From: Vicinamibacteria bacterium
Lineage (GTDB): Bacteria > Acidobacteriota > Vicinamibacteria > Marinacidobacterales > Marinacidobacteraceae
Direction of reading: 5' to 3'
DNA length: 64,000 nt
Assembly (NCBI GenBank): GCA_965199715.1
Contig: OZ241322.1
Coordinates: 1,856,001-1,920,000, forward strand
Part shown: positions 48,352-57,804 of the stretch, piece by piece
Numbering within the stretch: the first letter of the stretch is position 1
How the letters are laid out: the number at the start of each line of letters is the position of its first letter
The notes under the pieces: generated by a model
Told to the model about the DNA's origin: nothing
The model's database searches: none
Seen by the model: the letters and a program-made list of their open reading frames with translations, nothing else
Position numbers and translations under genes: made by a program

Positions 48352-49052
48352 GCGCCATGATCGAGGCCATCGGCCTCGAGAAGACCGTCCGGAGCGGGGA
48401 CCGCCCGCTGACCATCCTGAAGGGGCTCGACTTCGTCGTGGAGCCGGAGTCGGTGGTGGCCATCCGCGGCCCGTCGGGAAGCGGCAAGTCCACGCTGCTC
48501 GGCCTTCTCGCCGGACTCGATCCGCCCACCGCCGGGAGCGTCCGCATCGCCGGGATCGACCTCGCGAGCCTCGACGAGGAGGGACTCGCGCAGTTCCGCT
48601 CGAAGAACGTCGGCTTCGTCTTCCAGTCGTTCCACCTGCTCCCGAACCTGACCGCGCTCGAGAACGCGGCGGTGCCGCTGGAGATCGCGGGCGATCCCGA
48701 CGCGCTCGACCGGGCGGCCGAGGTGCTGGAAGCCTTCGGCCTGACGGCCCGCGCCCACCATCTGCCGTCCCAGATGTCCGGCGGCGAGCAGCAGCGGGCC
48801 GCGATCGCCCGCGCCATCTCCAACCGGCCCCGGCTCGTGCTGGCGGACGAGCCCACCGGGAACCTCGACGAGGAGACCGGCGCCCGGATCGCGGCCCTGC
48901 TGGTGGACGTGCGCGACCGGTTCGGCGCGACCATCGTGGTCGCGACCCACGATTCGGAGCTCGCCGCTCGCGCCGACCGGCGCCTCCTGCTGCGCGGCGG
49001 CGCTCTCGCTCCCGACCGCCCGGCGCGGACGCCCGAGCTGGTCTCCGCCTGA
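48348..49052 (+). CDS. ABC transporter ATP-binding protein (YbbA-like)
   Basis: GPSGSGKST, GFVFQSFHL, MSGGEQQR, LADEPTGNLD. Confidence 0.92.
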   Translation: MSAMIEAIGLEKTVRSGDRPLTILKGLDFVVEPESVVAIRGPSGSGKSTLLGLLAGLDPPTAGSVRIAGIDLASLDEEGLAQFRSKNVGFVFQSFHLLPNLTALENAAVPLEIAGDPDALDRAAEVLEAFGLTARAHHLPSQMSGGEQQRAAIARAISNRPRLVLADEPTGNLDEETGARIAALLVDVRDRFGATIVVATHDSELAARADRRLLLRGGALAPDRPARTPELVSA

Positions 49053-49057
49053 CCGGG

Positions 49058-51583
49058 ATGCGCTTCGCCGTCCGGATGGCGGTCCGCGAACTCCGGTCCT
49101 CGGTCCGGCGCCTGTCGCCCTTCTTTCTTGCGGTGGGCCTCGGAGTCGCGGCCATCGTCGTGCTCCGGTCCGCCGCCGACAGCCTGAAGACGGCGCTCAC
49201 GAGGGAGTCCCGGTCGCTCCTCGCCGGCGACGTCCGGGTCGTCACCTCCGAGGGCTTCACCGAGCACGACCTCTTCATCCTCCGCGAGAAGCTGGAAGCC
49301 CATCCGGTCACCGGGATCGCCCGCACCGCCCAGCTCGCCACGCTGGCGCGCTCCGGTTCCAGCGAGGGGCTCGGCATGATGGTCGAGCTGAAGGGAGTGG
49401 AGGCGGGGTTCCCGCTCTACGGGGCCATGGAGCTTCAGGGCGCCGAGTACGGCCCCGATCTTCTCGCCGACCGGGGCGCGCTGGTTCGCCCCGAGGTGTT
49501 GGCGCGGCTCGACGTGGAGGTGGGGGACCGGATCGCCCTCGGCGGCGCGTCCTTCGAGGTGCGCGGCGTCCTGCTGAAGGAAGCCGGGGCGGGCGTCGAT
49601 TTCTTCCGCCGCGGTCCGCGGGTCCTCGTCGCCCACGGCGACCTCATGGGTTCGGGCCTCCTCGACGTGCCCTCGCGCGGCCGCCACGAGATGCTCGTCG
49701 CGCTCCCGACCGAAGACGACGCCACCGACCTTGCGTGGGACCTTCGCGGCGCGTTCGAGGACACGTCGGTGCGGGTCGGCACGTTGCGCGAGACGGGGGA
49801 CCGCCTCTCGCGCCGCATCCAGCGAGCCGAGGACTACCTCAGCCTCGCCGGGTTCGTGATCCTCGTGCTCGGCGCGGTCGGGGTCTTCAGCGTCATCCGC
49901 ACGTTCACGGTCCAGAACCTCCCCGCTGCGGCCATCCAGCGCTGCCTCGGGGTGGGGGCCGGAACGATCTTCCTCACCGCGCTCCTTCAGGTCATCGCGC
50001 TCGCGGGTCTCGCCAGCGCGTTCGGGATCGGGCTCGGCGCGGCCGCGCTCGCGCTGGTGCCCGACGTGGAGATGGCCGGCGTCGCGGTCCGCTCGCGGCT
50101 CACGGTCCCGGCGGCGCTCCAGGGAGCGCTCGTCGGCGGCGCGGTCTCGCTCTTGGCCGCGATCGTGCCGATGCTGCCGCTGCGCCGGGTGCGTCCGCTC
50201 GGGCTGCTGCGCAGCGGCGACCTGACGGACTCCGGCGACGTCCGTCAGCGGAGGATCGAGCATCTCGTGGCGGGGCTGGTCGTCGCGGCGTTCCTCGCGC
50301 TCGCCGGGCTCCAGTCGGGGTCGCTGCCGATCACGCTCGCGGTCTCGGGCGGCTTCGTCGGCGTCGCGATCTCGCTCTGGGCGCTCGGCGGCCTCCTCAT
50401 CCGGGCGCTCCGCCCGCTCGTCGCCTCGCGGAATTTCGCGGTGCGCCACGCGCTGCGCACGGTCGTGCGGGGCGCGAGCCAGGTCCGGATCATCCTCGTG
50501 GCGCTGGGAGTGGGGGTGTTCCTCGTCACGGCGGTGACCGGCATCGAGTCCAACCTGCGCCGCGAGTTCCGCTTCCAGGAGGACAGCAGCGCTCCCGACC
50601 TCTTCTTCCTCGACATCCAGGACGACCAGGTGGACGCCGTCCGGGCGAACGCCCTCGCCGCCGGGGCGGCGGACATCCGGCTCATCCCGGTGCTCCAGGG
50701 GCGGATCCACGCGGTCTTCGGACGCGACGTCCAGCTCGAGGACCGCGAAGCGGTTCGGTCCCGCGGCGGGCTGGGGCGCGAGTACACGATCAGCGCCCGG
50801 ACTGCGCTCGACGACAACGAGACGCTCGTCGAGGGCGAGTTCTGGGGAGATCGCCCTTCCGACGGGATCGAGGTCTCGGCGGAGATCCAGATGCAGCGCG
50901 AGTACGGGCTGCAGGTCGGCGACGTGGTGCGCTTTCGGATCCTCGGCGAGACGCTCGACGCCCGCATCACGTCCATCCGCGACGTGGAGTGGCGCAACGC
51001 CCGCAACGGCGGGTTCACGTTCCTGCTGCACCCGGACGTGGTGGACGACTTCCCCACCACGTGGGCGGGGTTCGTCCGGGGGCCCGACGGGGTCACCGAG
51101 CGGGCGCGCTTCCAGGCGGCGGTCGCCGGGGCGTTCCCGAACGTGAGCGTGCTGGACCTCCGCGACGTGCTGGACACGATGCAGGAGGTCGCCGGCGCGG
51201 TCGGGATCGCGATCCGCGTCGTCGGGCTGATCGCGCTGATCGGCGGGATCCTGATCCTGATCGGCTCGGTGGCCGTCCACATGAGCGCCCGGCGGCGGGA
51301 GACCGCGGTGCTGAGAGTGCTCGGCGCGGCGCGGTCGAAGGTCGTCGCCCTGACGATCATCGAGCACGGCGCCATCGGCGCTCTCGCCGGGGCGACCGCG
51401 GCGGTCTTCGCCGCGCTGGTGACGCTCTACGTGATCCGGGAGATCATGCGGGTGCCGTTCGCCGCCGAGCCGGCGACCGCGGTCGTGGCCGTCGTGGGCG
51501 CCGCGCTCGGAGCCGCGCTCGTCGGGGCGGTCGCCGCCGCCGACGTGCTGCGCCGGAAGCCGCTCGGCCTCTTGACCGACTGA
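49058..51583 (+). CDS. ABC permease, YbbP-like duplicated FtsX
   Basis: RELR, LLAGD, ELKGV...FPLYG, APDLFFLDIQ, FPNVSVLD. Follows tesA and ybbA-like genes. Confidence 0.88.
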   Translation: MRFAVRMAVRELRSSVRRLSPFFLAVGLGVAAIVVLRSAADSLKTALTRESRSLLAGDVRVVTSEGFTEHDLFILREKLEAHPVTGIARTAQLATLARSGSSEGLGMMVELKGVEAGFPLYGAMELQGAEYGPDLLADRGALVRPEVLARLDVEVGDRIALGGASFEVRGVLLKEAGAGVDFFRRGPRVLVAHGDLMGSGLLDVPSRGRHEMLVALPTEDDATDLAWDLRGAFEDTSVRVGTLRETGDRLSRRIQRAEDYLSLAGFVILVLGAVGVFSVIRTFTVQNLPAAAIQRCLGVGAGTIFLTALLQVIALAGLASAFGIGLGAAALALVPDVEMAGVAVRSRLTVPAALQGALVGGAVSLLAAIVPMLPLRRVRPLGLLRSGDLTDSGDVRQRRIEHLVAGLVVAAFLALAGLQSGSLPITLAVSGGFVGVAISLWALGGLLIRALRPLVASRNFAVRHALRTVVRGASQVRIILVALGVGVFLVTAVTGIESNLRREFRFQEDSSAPDLFFLDIQDDQVDAVRANALAAGAADIRLIPVLQGRIHAVFGRDVQLEDREAVRSRGGLGREYTISARTALDDNETLVEGEFWGDRPSDGIEVSAEIQMQREYGLQVGDVVRFRILGETLDARITSIRDVEWRNARNGGFTFLLHPDVVDDFPTTWAGFVRGPDGVTERARFQAAVAGAFPNVSVLDLRDVLDTMQEVAGAVGIAIRVVGLIALIGGILILIGSVAVHMSARRRETAVLRVLGAARSKVVALTIIEHGAIGALAGATAAVFAALVTLYVIREIMRVPFAAEPATAVVAVVGAALGAALVGAVAAADVLRRKPLGLLTD

Positions 51584-51587
51584 GGGT

Positions 51588-52076
51588 TCAGTCCCCGGCG
51601 GTGAGCCGGGCGAGCCACTCCTCGGGAATCCGGACCGCGATCACTTCGCCCTCGGCGGTCCGCGTCCCGTCCGCCTCCACCGCCACCGTCACGTGGACGC
51701 GCCGCTCGCGGATCTCGGTCGCGCGTCCCCGAAGCACGAGCTCCCCGCCGAGCGGCGTGGGCTTCAGGAAGCGGACCCGGAGCTCGCCGGTCACGAACCG
51801 AAGCGGCGGATCCGAGTCGAGGTCCCGACCGGCGGCCCGGTACGCGGCCGCCGCCGCGGTCCCGATCCCGTGGCAGTCGATGAGCGACGCGATCAGCCCG
51901 CCGTACACGGCGCCGGGCACCGCGGTGTGGAATGGCTCCGGGGTGAAGCGGCACACCGCCTCCGCGCCCTCGTCGAAGCTGCGGATCCGGTATCCCTCGG
52001 GATTTCGGGAGCCGCAGCCGTAGCAATGCCGGGTCGCGTCGGGATACGTGTCCTGGATCGCCCGCGGCTCATGCAT
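51588..52076 (-). CDS. PaaI / hotdog-fold thioesterase
   Basis: CYGCG..NP.G, VYGGLIASLIDCH, FVTG.L.V.FLKPTP. Confidence 0.85.
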   Translation of the reverse strand: MHEPRAIQDTYPDATRHCYGCGSRNPEGYRIRSFDEGAEAVCRFTPEPFHTAVPGAVYGGLIASLIDCHGIGTAAAAAYRAAGRDLDSDPPLRFVTGELRVRFLKPTPLGGELVLRGRATEIRERRVHVTVAVEADGTRTAEGEVIAVRIPEEWLARLTAGD

Positions 52077-52437
52077 GGGTGCGGAAGGTCGCGACGAGCA
52101 GCGCCGCCCAGCCCCCGATGAGCGCGAGTCCCCCCAGCGGCGTCACCGGACCGAGCCAGCGGGGGCCGCCGAGCGCGAGCCAGAACAGGCTTCCCGAAAA
52201 GAGCGCCGCGCCGACGCAGGCGAGCAGGCCCGCCGCGTGGACCCACGAGCCGAGCCCGTCGCGGGCGAGCGCGCCGATGACCAGCAGGCCGAGCCCGTGA
52301 TACGCGAGGTAGCGCGCGCCGGTCTCGAACGTCTGGAGCGCCTTCGGCTCGAGGCGCGCCGCGAGCGCGTGGGCGCCGAACGCCCCGAGCGTCACCGCCG
52401 CCAGCATGAAGAAGGCGCCGGCGCGGACCCAGATCAA
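52069..52437 (-). CDS. DUF423 (YgdD/TMEM256) membrane protein
   Basis: LGAFGAH, FETG.RY..YH, LFSGSL, LGPVTPLGG. Confidence 0.9.
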   Translation of the reverse strand: MIWVRAGAFFMLAAVTLGAFGAHALAARLEPKALQTFETGARYLAYHGLGLLVIGALARDGLGSWVHAAGLLACVGAALFSGSLFWLALGGPRWLGPVTPLGGLALIGGWAALLVATFRTHA

Positions 52438-53480
52438 CGAGCGGTCTGCCCCATGCGCAGCGCCCGCTGCGGGGTCGTCGGCTCGTCCGGATAGAGGCTC
52501 GCCACTTCGTTCCCGTACCCGTTGAAGATGGGCGTCGGGAAGCGCTCCTCGTCATCCAGCCAGTACGACTGCGCCTGGCTCCAGCGCGGGTGCGGGATGT
52601 TCGGGTTCACGTTCGACAGGAACCCGTACTCGTGTTGCTGCATCTCCCAGAAGAACGGGGGCTGGTCCGTGGTCAGCTCGATCTTCACGACCGCCTTCGG
52701 CCCCTTGTAGCCGTACTTCCACGGGATCGCGAGCCGGACCGGAGCGCCGTGCTGGCGCACCAGCGGTTCGCCGTAGACGCCGGTCGCGACGAACGCGAGC
52801 GGGTGCATCGCCTCGTCCATCCTAAGCCCCTCGTGGTACGGCCACGGGTACCAATTGCTGGCGCGCAGCCCGGGCATCTCGTTCGGCCGGTTCAGCGAGA
52901 TGAAGGAGACGAAGCGGGCGTCCGCGGTCGGCTCGACCGCCTCCAGCAGCGCCGAGAGCGGGAATCCGGTCCACGGCACGTTCATCGCCCACCGCTCGAC
53001 GCAGCGGAAGTGATAGACGCGCTCCTCGTGCGGGATCGCGAGCAGGTCGTCGAGGTCGAAGGTGCGCGGGCTGTGGCAGGCGCCGGTGACCTCGATCTCC
53101 CACGGGACCGGGTTGTAGTCCCCCGACAGCTTCCAGACCGCTCCTCCCCGCCCGGCGAGGAACTCGTAGAAGTTGTTGTGGGAACCGGCCACCTCGCGGG
53201 ACATGAGCTCCTTGCGCTCCACCGAGGCCGGCACCTGGTGCGCCTCGTTCGCCGCCGCCGGGAACACGTCGGGCCGCGAGTACGGCACGTCGAGCAGCTC
53301 GGTGCCCTCGGCGCGCTCCGCGCAGGCCATCGAGTACGGACCGAGGAGCGCCGCGGCGCCCATGGTCCCCGACAGCTTCCGGATCAGCGCGCGCCGCCCG
53401 CAGAAGACCTCGAGGTCGGTGATCCCGCCGCCGACCGGGCTGGCCGCGTAGGGGAATCGCCGGGAACTCTTGATGCTCAT
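52434..53480 (-). CDS. msrP: Protein-methionine-sulfoxide reductase catalytic subunit MsrP
   Basis: Twin-Arg RRALI, NNFYEF, ERVYHFRCVE.W.M..PW.G, WPY.EGLRMDEAMHPL, PWKYGYK, NVNP..PHPRWSQA. Confidence 0.9.
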   Translation of the reverse strand: MSIKSSRRFPYAASPVGGGITDLEVFCGRRALIRKLSGTMGAAALLGPYSMACAERAEGTELLDVPYSRPDVFPAAANEAHQVPASVERKELMSREVAGSHNNFYEFLAGRGGAVWKLSGDYNPVPWEIEVTGACHSPRTFDLDDLLAIPHEERVYHFRCVERWAMNVPWTGFPLSALLEAVEPTADARFVSFISLNRPNEMPGLRASNWYPWPYHEGLRMDEAMHPLAFVATGVYGEPLVRQHGAPVRLAIPWKYGYKGPKAVVKIELTTDQPPFFWEMQQHEYGFLSNVNPNIPHPRWSQAQSYWLDDEERFPTPIFNGYGNEVASLYPDEPTTPQRALRMGQTAR

Positions 53481-53589
53481 TGCTAACCTTCCTCGAGCCT
53501 CCCGCCGGGCGGGAGGCGGCTCTGAAACCGCTCGTCCCAATGGTAGCCGCCGGAGCTCTCCGCCATCCGGCCGGCGCCGGCGCCGGCGC

Positions 53590-55020
53590 ATGAGCTGGAG
53601 CATCGACGGCCCCGCGACCGGCGCGGCCCGGGCGCTGTGGGAGTGCGCGGACCCGCCGGCGCGGATGGGCGCGACCGGGAAGAACACCGGACGCTCCCGG
53701 CTCGGCTGGCTGGATCTGCCGGGCGCGGGCGTTCCCGACTACCGGGCCCTCCGGGAGGAGCTGCTCGACGAAGGGTTCCGCCGGCTCACCGTCGTCGGAA
53801 TGGGAGGCGCCGGCCTTTCCTCGGTGACGCTCGCGTCGGTCCTGGCGCGGGAGGCCCCGGGACTTTCGCTGGGTCTGCTCGCGACGCTCGATCCCGACGA
53901 GGTGCGCGGCGAGCTCGAGCGTCGCTCCGAGACCGTATTCCTGATCGCGTCCCGGTCCGGCGCCACCGCCGAGACCCGCGCGCTCGAGGCGGTCCTGGCC
54001 CGGCAGGTCGGGCCCGGGCGCCAGATGCTCGCCCTCACCGCGCCGGGGAGTCCGCTGGAGGTCCATGCGCGGGAGTCGGGGTACCGCCGGATCTTCCACG
54101 GCCATCCCGGGGTCGGGGGCCGGTTCGCGGCGCTGGACGCGTACGGCGCGTTCCCGGCCGCGCTCGCCGGCCACGACGTCGAGCGCGGACTCGACGCGGC
54201 GCGGGAGGCGCGGGCCGAGCTCGACGGCGACTCCCTTCCCGATAGCTTCCGGGCCGGCGAGGCGCTCGCCGCGCTGGCCTCGGTCGGGCTGCTCCGCGTG
54301 CGGCTGTCCGCGTCCCCGGCGTTCGCCGGCCTGCTTCCGTGGCTCGAGCAGCTTTTCGCCGAGAGCCTCGGCAAGGAAGGGAAGGGCGTCCTGCCGGGGG
54401 CCGGCGGCGGGCCGCGCATCCATGTCGGCGAGGGAGGGCCGGACGCGCCGCTCGTGCGCAGCCGGCCCGCGCCGGGAGCGGGGGCGGGCGAGCTGTTCCG
54501 CTGGCAGGTCGCGGTCGGCGTCGCCGGCGCGCTCATGGGCGTGGACCCCTACGACCAGCCGGACATCGACGGGAGCAAGGCCCGCGCCCGGACGCTGCGC
54601 GCCGGCGGAGCGCCGCCGGCCGCGACCGGTCCCGAACTCGCCGAGTTCCTCCGCCGGAACGCCGGCGGCGGGCTGGTGCTGAACGCCTACGGCGCCCGGA
54701 ACCCGGAGAACGAGGCCGCGCTCGGCGCCTTGCGGCGGGAGTTTCCCGACCCGCCGGCGCTCGCGTGGGGGCCCGGGCTCCTGCATTCCTTCGGACAGCT
54801 CCAAAAGGGCGGTCCGCGCGACCTGGCGGTGCTGCAGATCACCTGGGGGGTCGGCGAGGATCTCGTCGGCCCCGACGGGCGCGGCCTCGGCGAGCTCGCG
54901 CACCTGCTCGCGCTCGCCGACTTCGAGGAGATGCGGTCGCGGGGGCGGCCGGTCTGCCGGGCGCACGACCCGGCTCCGGGACCCGCCGCCGTGCTCCGCC
55001 GGATCCGCGAGGCGCTCTGA
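53590..55020 (+). CDS. Glucose-6-phosphate isomerase-like SIS protein (resembles the Pgi part of Tal-Pgi fusions), divergent
   Basis: RLGWL, GMGG, SRSG.T.ET, VGGRF, WLEQL.AES.GK.GKG, DQP, HS.GQL.KGGP. Confidence 0.7.
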   Translation: MSWSIDGPATGAARALWECADPPARMGATGKNTGRSRLGWLDLPGAGVPDYRALREELLDEGFRRLTVVGMGGAGLSSVTLASVLAREAPGLSLGLLATLDPDEVRGELERRSETVFLIASRSGATAETRALEAVLARQVGPGRQMLALTAPGSPLEVHARESGYRRIFHGHPGVGGRFAALDAYGAFPAALAGHDVERGLDAAREARAELDGDSLPDSFRAGEALAALASVGLLRVRLSASPAFAGLLPWLEQLFAESLGKEGKGVLPGAGGGPRIHVGEGGPDAPLVRSRPAPGAGAGELFRWQVAVGVAGALMGVDPYDQPDIDGSKARARTLRAGGAPPAATGPELAEFLRRNAGGGLVLNAYGARNPENEAALGALRREFPDPPALAWGPGLLHSFGQLQKGGPRDLAVLQITWGVGEDLVGPDGRGLGELAHLLALADFEEMRSRGRPVCRAHDPAPGPAAVLRRIREAL

Positions 55021-56400
55021 GTGCTCTGGCGGCGCTCCGCCTCCTGGCTGCGGGACGCGCTGCGGCGGCGCGAGGTCTCGGCCGTCGAGGTCATGGAGGC
55101 GCATCTCAACCGCATCGAGGCCGTCAATCCGCGGCTGAACGCGATCGTGACCCTGCTTCCCCGAGAGCGCCTGCTGCGCGACGCGGCGCGGGCGGACGCG
55201 GCGAAGGAGCCGCTCGGCCCGCTCCACGGGCTGCCGGTGGCCCACAAGGACATGTTCCTGACCCGGGGCGTGCGGACGACCCTCGGCTCGCCGATCTACG
55301 CCGACTGGATTCCCGACCGGGATTCGCTCATCGTCGAGCGCCTGCGCGCCGCCGGGGCCATCATGGTCGGCAAGACGAACACCCCCGAGTTCGCCGCCGG
55401 GTCGCAGACGTTCAACCCGGTGTTCGGCCCCACCCGGAACCCGTGGGATCCCGGCCGAACCTGCGGCGGCAGCAGCGGCGGCGCGGCGGTCGCGCTTTCG
55501 GCCGGGATGCTCCCGATCGCCGACGGCAGCGACTACGGCGGATCGCTGCGGAACCCGGCGAGCTTCTGCGGCGTGGTGGGCCTGCGGCCGACTCCGGGCC
55601 GGGTTCCCGACTGGCCCGACCCGGCGCCGTGGTTTCCGATGGCCACTCCGGGGCCGATGGCGCGGACGGTGGACGACGTCGCCCTGATGCTCGGCGCGAT
55701 CGCCGGACCCGATCCCCGGGCCCCGCTCTCGCTGCCCGCGACGCAACCGGGGCGGAGCGGCTTCGAGGGCGTCCGCGTCGCGTGGGCGGCCGACTTCGCC
55801 GGGCTGCCCTTCGAACCCGGGGTGCTGGACGCGATCGCGCCCGCCCGCCGGGCGCTGACGGACCTCGGCTGCGTCGTCGAGGAGCGGTCTCCCGACATGC
55901 GCGACGCGGCGACGGTGTTCGCGCGGTATCGGGCGTTCTGGTTCGAGCTGCGGTTCGGCCCGCTGCTCGAGCGCCATCGGTCCCGGATGAAGGACGCGGT
56001 GGTGGAGGAGATCGAGGCGGGCCGGCGGCTCACCGCGGCCGAACTCGCCGACGCCAGCCGGCGCTGGGCGGGGATCCTCGAGCGCCTCGCCCGCTTCCAG
56101 GCGGATTGCCCGTACTTCGCGCTGCCGGTCGCGCAGGTTCTCCCCTTCGCCGTCGAGACCCCGTGGCCCGCCGAGGTCGCCGGCGTGACGATGCGGAACT
56201 ACACCGAGTGGATGGGTTCGTGCGCCTTCGTCTCGCTGCTCGGGGTTCCGGCGCTCTCGCTGCCCGCGGGGTTCGCCGCCGGATTGCCGGTGGGGCTTCA
56301 GATCGTCGGCCCCCGGGGCGACGACTCCGGAACGCTCCGGCTCGCCCGCGCGCTCGAGAAGCGGCTCGGGGCCGCTCCCATGCCGGAACTCACGCCCTGA
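55021..56400 (+). CDS. Amidase signature family protein
   Basis: GPLHGLPVAHKD, GKTNTPEF, GGSSGG, GSD.GGSLRNPA, GLPVGLQIVG. Confidence 0.92.
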   Translation: MLWRRSASWLRDALRRREVSAVEVMEAHLNRIEAVNPRLNAIVTLLPRERLLRDAARADAAKEPLGPLHGLPVAHKDMFLTRGVRTTLGSPIYADWIPDRDSLIVERLRAAGAIMVGKTNTPEFAAGSQTFNPVFGPTRNPWDPGRTCGGSSGGAAVALSAGMLPIADGSDYGGSLRNPASFCGVVGLRPTPGRVPDWPDPAPWFPMATPGPMARTVDDVALMLGAIAGPDPRAPLSLPATQPGRSGFEGVRVAWAADFAGLPFEPGVLDAIAPARRALTDLGCVVEERSPDMRDAATVFARYRAFWFELRFGPLLERHRSRMKDAVVEEIEAGRRLTAAELADASRRWAGILERLARFQADCPYFALPVAQVLPFAVETPWPAEVAGVTMRNYTEWMGSCAFVSLLGVPALSLPAGFAAGLPVGLQIVGPRGDDSGTLRLARALEKRLGAAPMPELTP

Positions 56401-57031
56401 GGTCGTGGACGTACTCGTACATGTACCAGACCCCCACGCTGCGGAAGGGCCGCCAGCGCTCCGCCGCCTCGACGTAGGCGGACGGCGGCGCGTCCTCGCC
56501 GATCCCGTAGAGGGCCCGCATCGCCCGCAGCACCGCCGCGTCCCCCGGCGTGAACACGTCGGGCCGGTTCAGGGTGAAGATGAGGTGCATGTGCGCGGTC
56601 CACTCGCCGATCCCGCGCACCACCGTCAGCCGGGCGATCACCTCGGCGTCGTCCGCCGTCTCGAGTCCGCGAAGGTCCAGTTCCCCCGACTCGATCCGCC
56701 TGGCGAGGTCCCGCAGGTAGGCGATCTTCCGCCGCGAGAGCCCGATCCGACGCAGCGTCGCGTCCCGGCGGCGCAGCACGTTCGCGGCCTCGGGCGGATC
56801 CCCGGCGAGCTTGACGAGCCGTCCGTAGATGCTGCGCGCCGCCGCGGCCGAGATCTGCTGGGCCACGATGGCGCCTGCGAGGGTTCCGAAGGAGTTGGGG
56901 CGCGGGCCGAGCGAGCAGGGGCCGAGCCGCTCGATGAGGCCGCCGAGGACCGGATCGTTCCGGCGCAGGCGCTCGAGGGCGGGAGTCCAGCCCGGAGCCG
57001 CGTCCGCGCCCGGCGTCCACGGCCCGTCCAT
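56390..57031 (-). CDS. DNA-3-methyladenine glycosylase II (AlkA-like HhH-GPD)
   Basis: IVAQQIS, GLS.RK..Y, VRGIGEWTA, RPDV...D, WRPFRS. Confidence 0.9.
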   Translation of the reverse strand: MDGPWTPGADAAPGWTPALERLRRNDPVLGGLIERLGPCSLGPRPNSFGTLAGAIVAQQISAAAARSIYGRLVKLAGDPPEAANVLRRRDATLRRIGLSRRKIAYLRDLARRIESGELDLRGLETADDAEVIARLTVVRGIGEWTAHMHLIFTLNRPDVFTPGDAAVLRAMRALYGIGEDAPPSAYVEAAERWRPFRSVGVWYMYEYVHDLRA

Positions 57032-57066
57032 CGCGGCGGAAGCATAGGCGTCGTTACCATCGCGGC

Positions 57067-57798
57067 GTGCTCGCGCTCGCCGCTGCGGTCCTGCCGCTTC
57101 TCCAGGCGCCCGATCCCCGGGAGATCATCGACCGGGCCGACCAGCTTCTGCGGGGCGACTCGAGCCGCGCCGTGGCCGCGATGGAGGTTGTCACCGAGCA
57201 CTGGTCGCGCGAGATGACCATGGAGATGTGGTCGCTCGGCGCCGACTACGCCCTCGTCCGGCTGCGCTCGCCGCGCAAGGACGCGGGAACCGCGACGCTG
57301 AAGGCCCGGGACGACATCTGGAACTACCTGCCCAAGGTGGACCGGACGATCAAGATCCCCGCCTCGATGATGGGCGGCGCGTGGATGGGCTCCCACTTCA
57401 CGAACGACGACCTCGTGAAGGAGAGCCGGCTGATCGACGACTACGACATCGAGATCACCTTCAACGGCGAGGATTCGGGCGGCACGGCGGTCTGGGAGCT
57501 CACGCTCGTTCCGCTTCCCGAGGCGCCGGTGGTCTGGGGGCGCATCGAGTATCGGGTCCGCCAGGCCGACTTCATGCCGCTTTCGGTCCGGTTCTACGAC
57601 GAGGACGGCGAGCTCGCGCGGCGCATGGAGCATTCCGGGTTCGTCCGGTTCGGCGGGCGGCTCGTGCCCTCGGTGCTGGACATGTACCCCGCGGAAAAGC
57701 CCGGCGAGCGGACCACGATCCGGTACCAGGAGCTGGAGTTCGACGTGGATCTCGACCCCTCCTTCTTCTCGCTCCGGAGCCTGCAGCGCGGGAGGTAG
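57067..57798 (+). CDS. Outer-membrane lipoprotein-sorting (LolA-like) protein
   Basis: P.KDAG.A.L, IWNYLPK..R..KI, WMGSHFTNDDL, FS.R.L. Confidence 0.82.
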   Translation: MLALAAAVLPLLQAPDPREIIDRADQLLRGDSSRAVAAMEVVTEHWSREMTMEMWSLGADYALVRLRSPRKDAGTATLKARDDIWNYLPKVDRTIKIPASMMGGAWMGSHFTNDDLVKESRLIDDYDIEITFNGEDSGGTAVWELTLVPLPEAPVVWGRIEYRVRQADFMPLSVRFYDEDGELARRMEHSGFVRFGGRLVPSVLDMYPAEKPGERTTIRYQELEFDVDLDPSFFSLRSLQRGR

Positions 57799-57804
57799 CG
57801 CCCG

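Noticed and set aside
47647-51583. Esterase plus ABC transporter operon as a novel system
   Set aside because: It matches the well-known tesA-ybbA-ybbP association.
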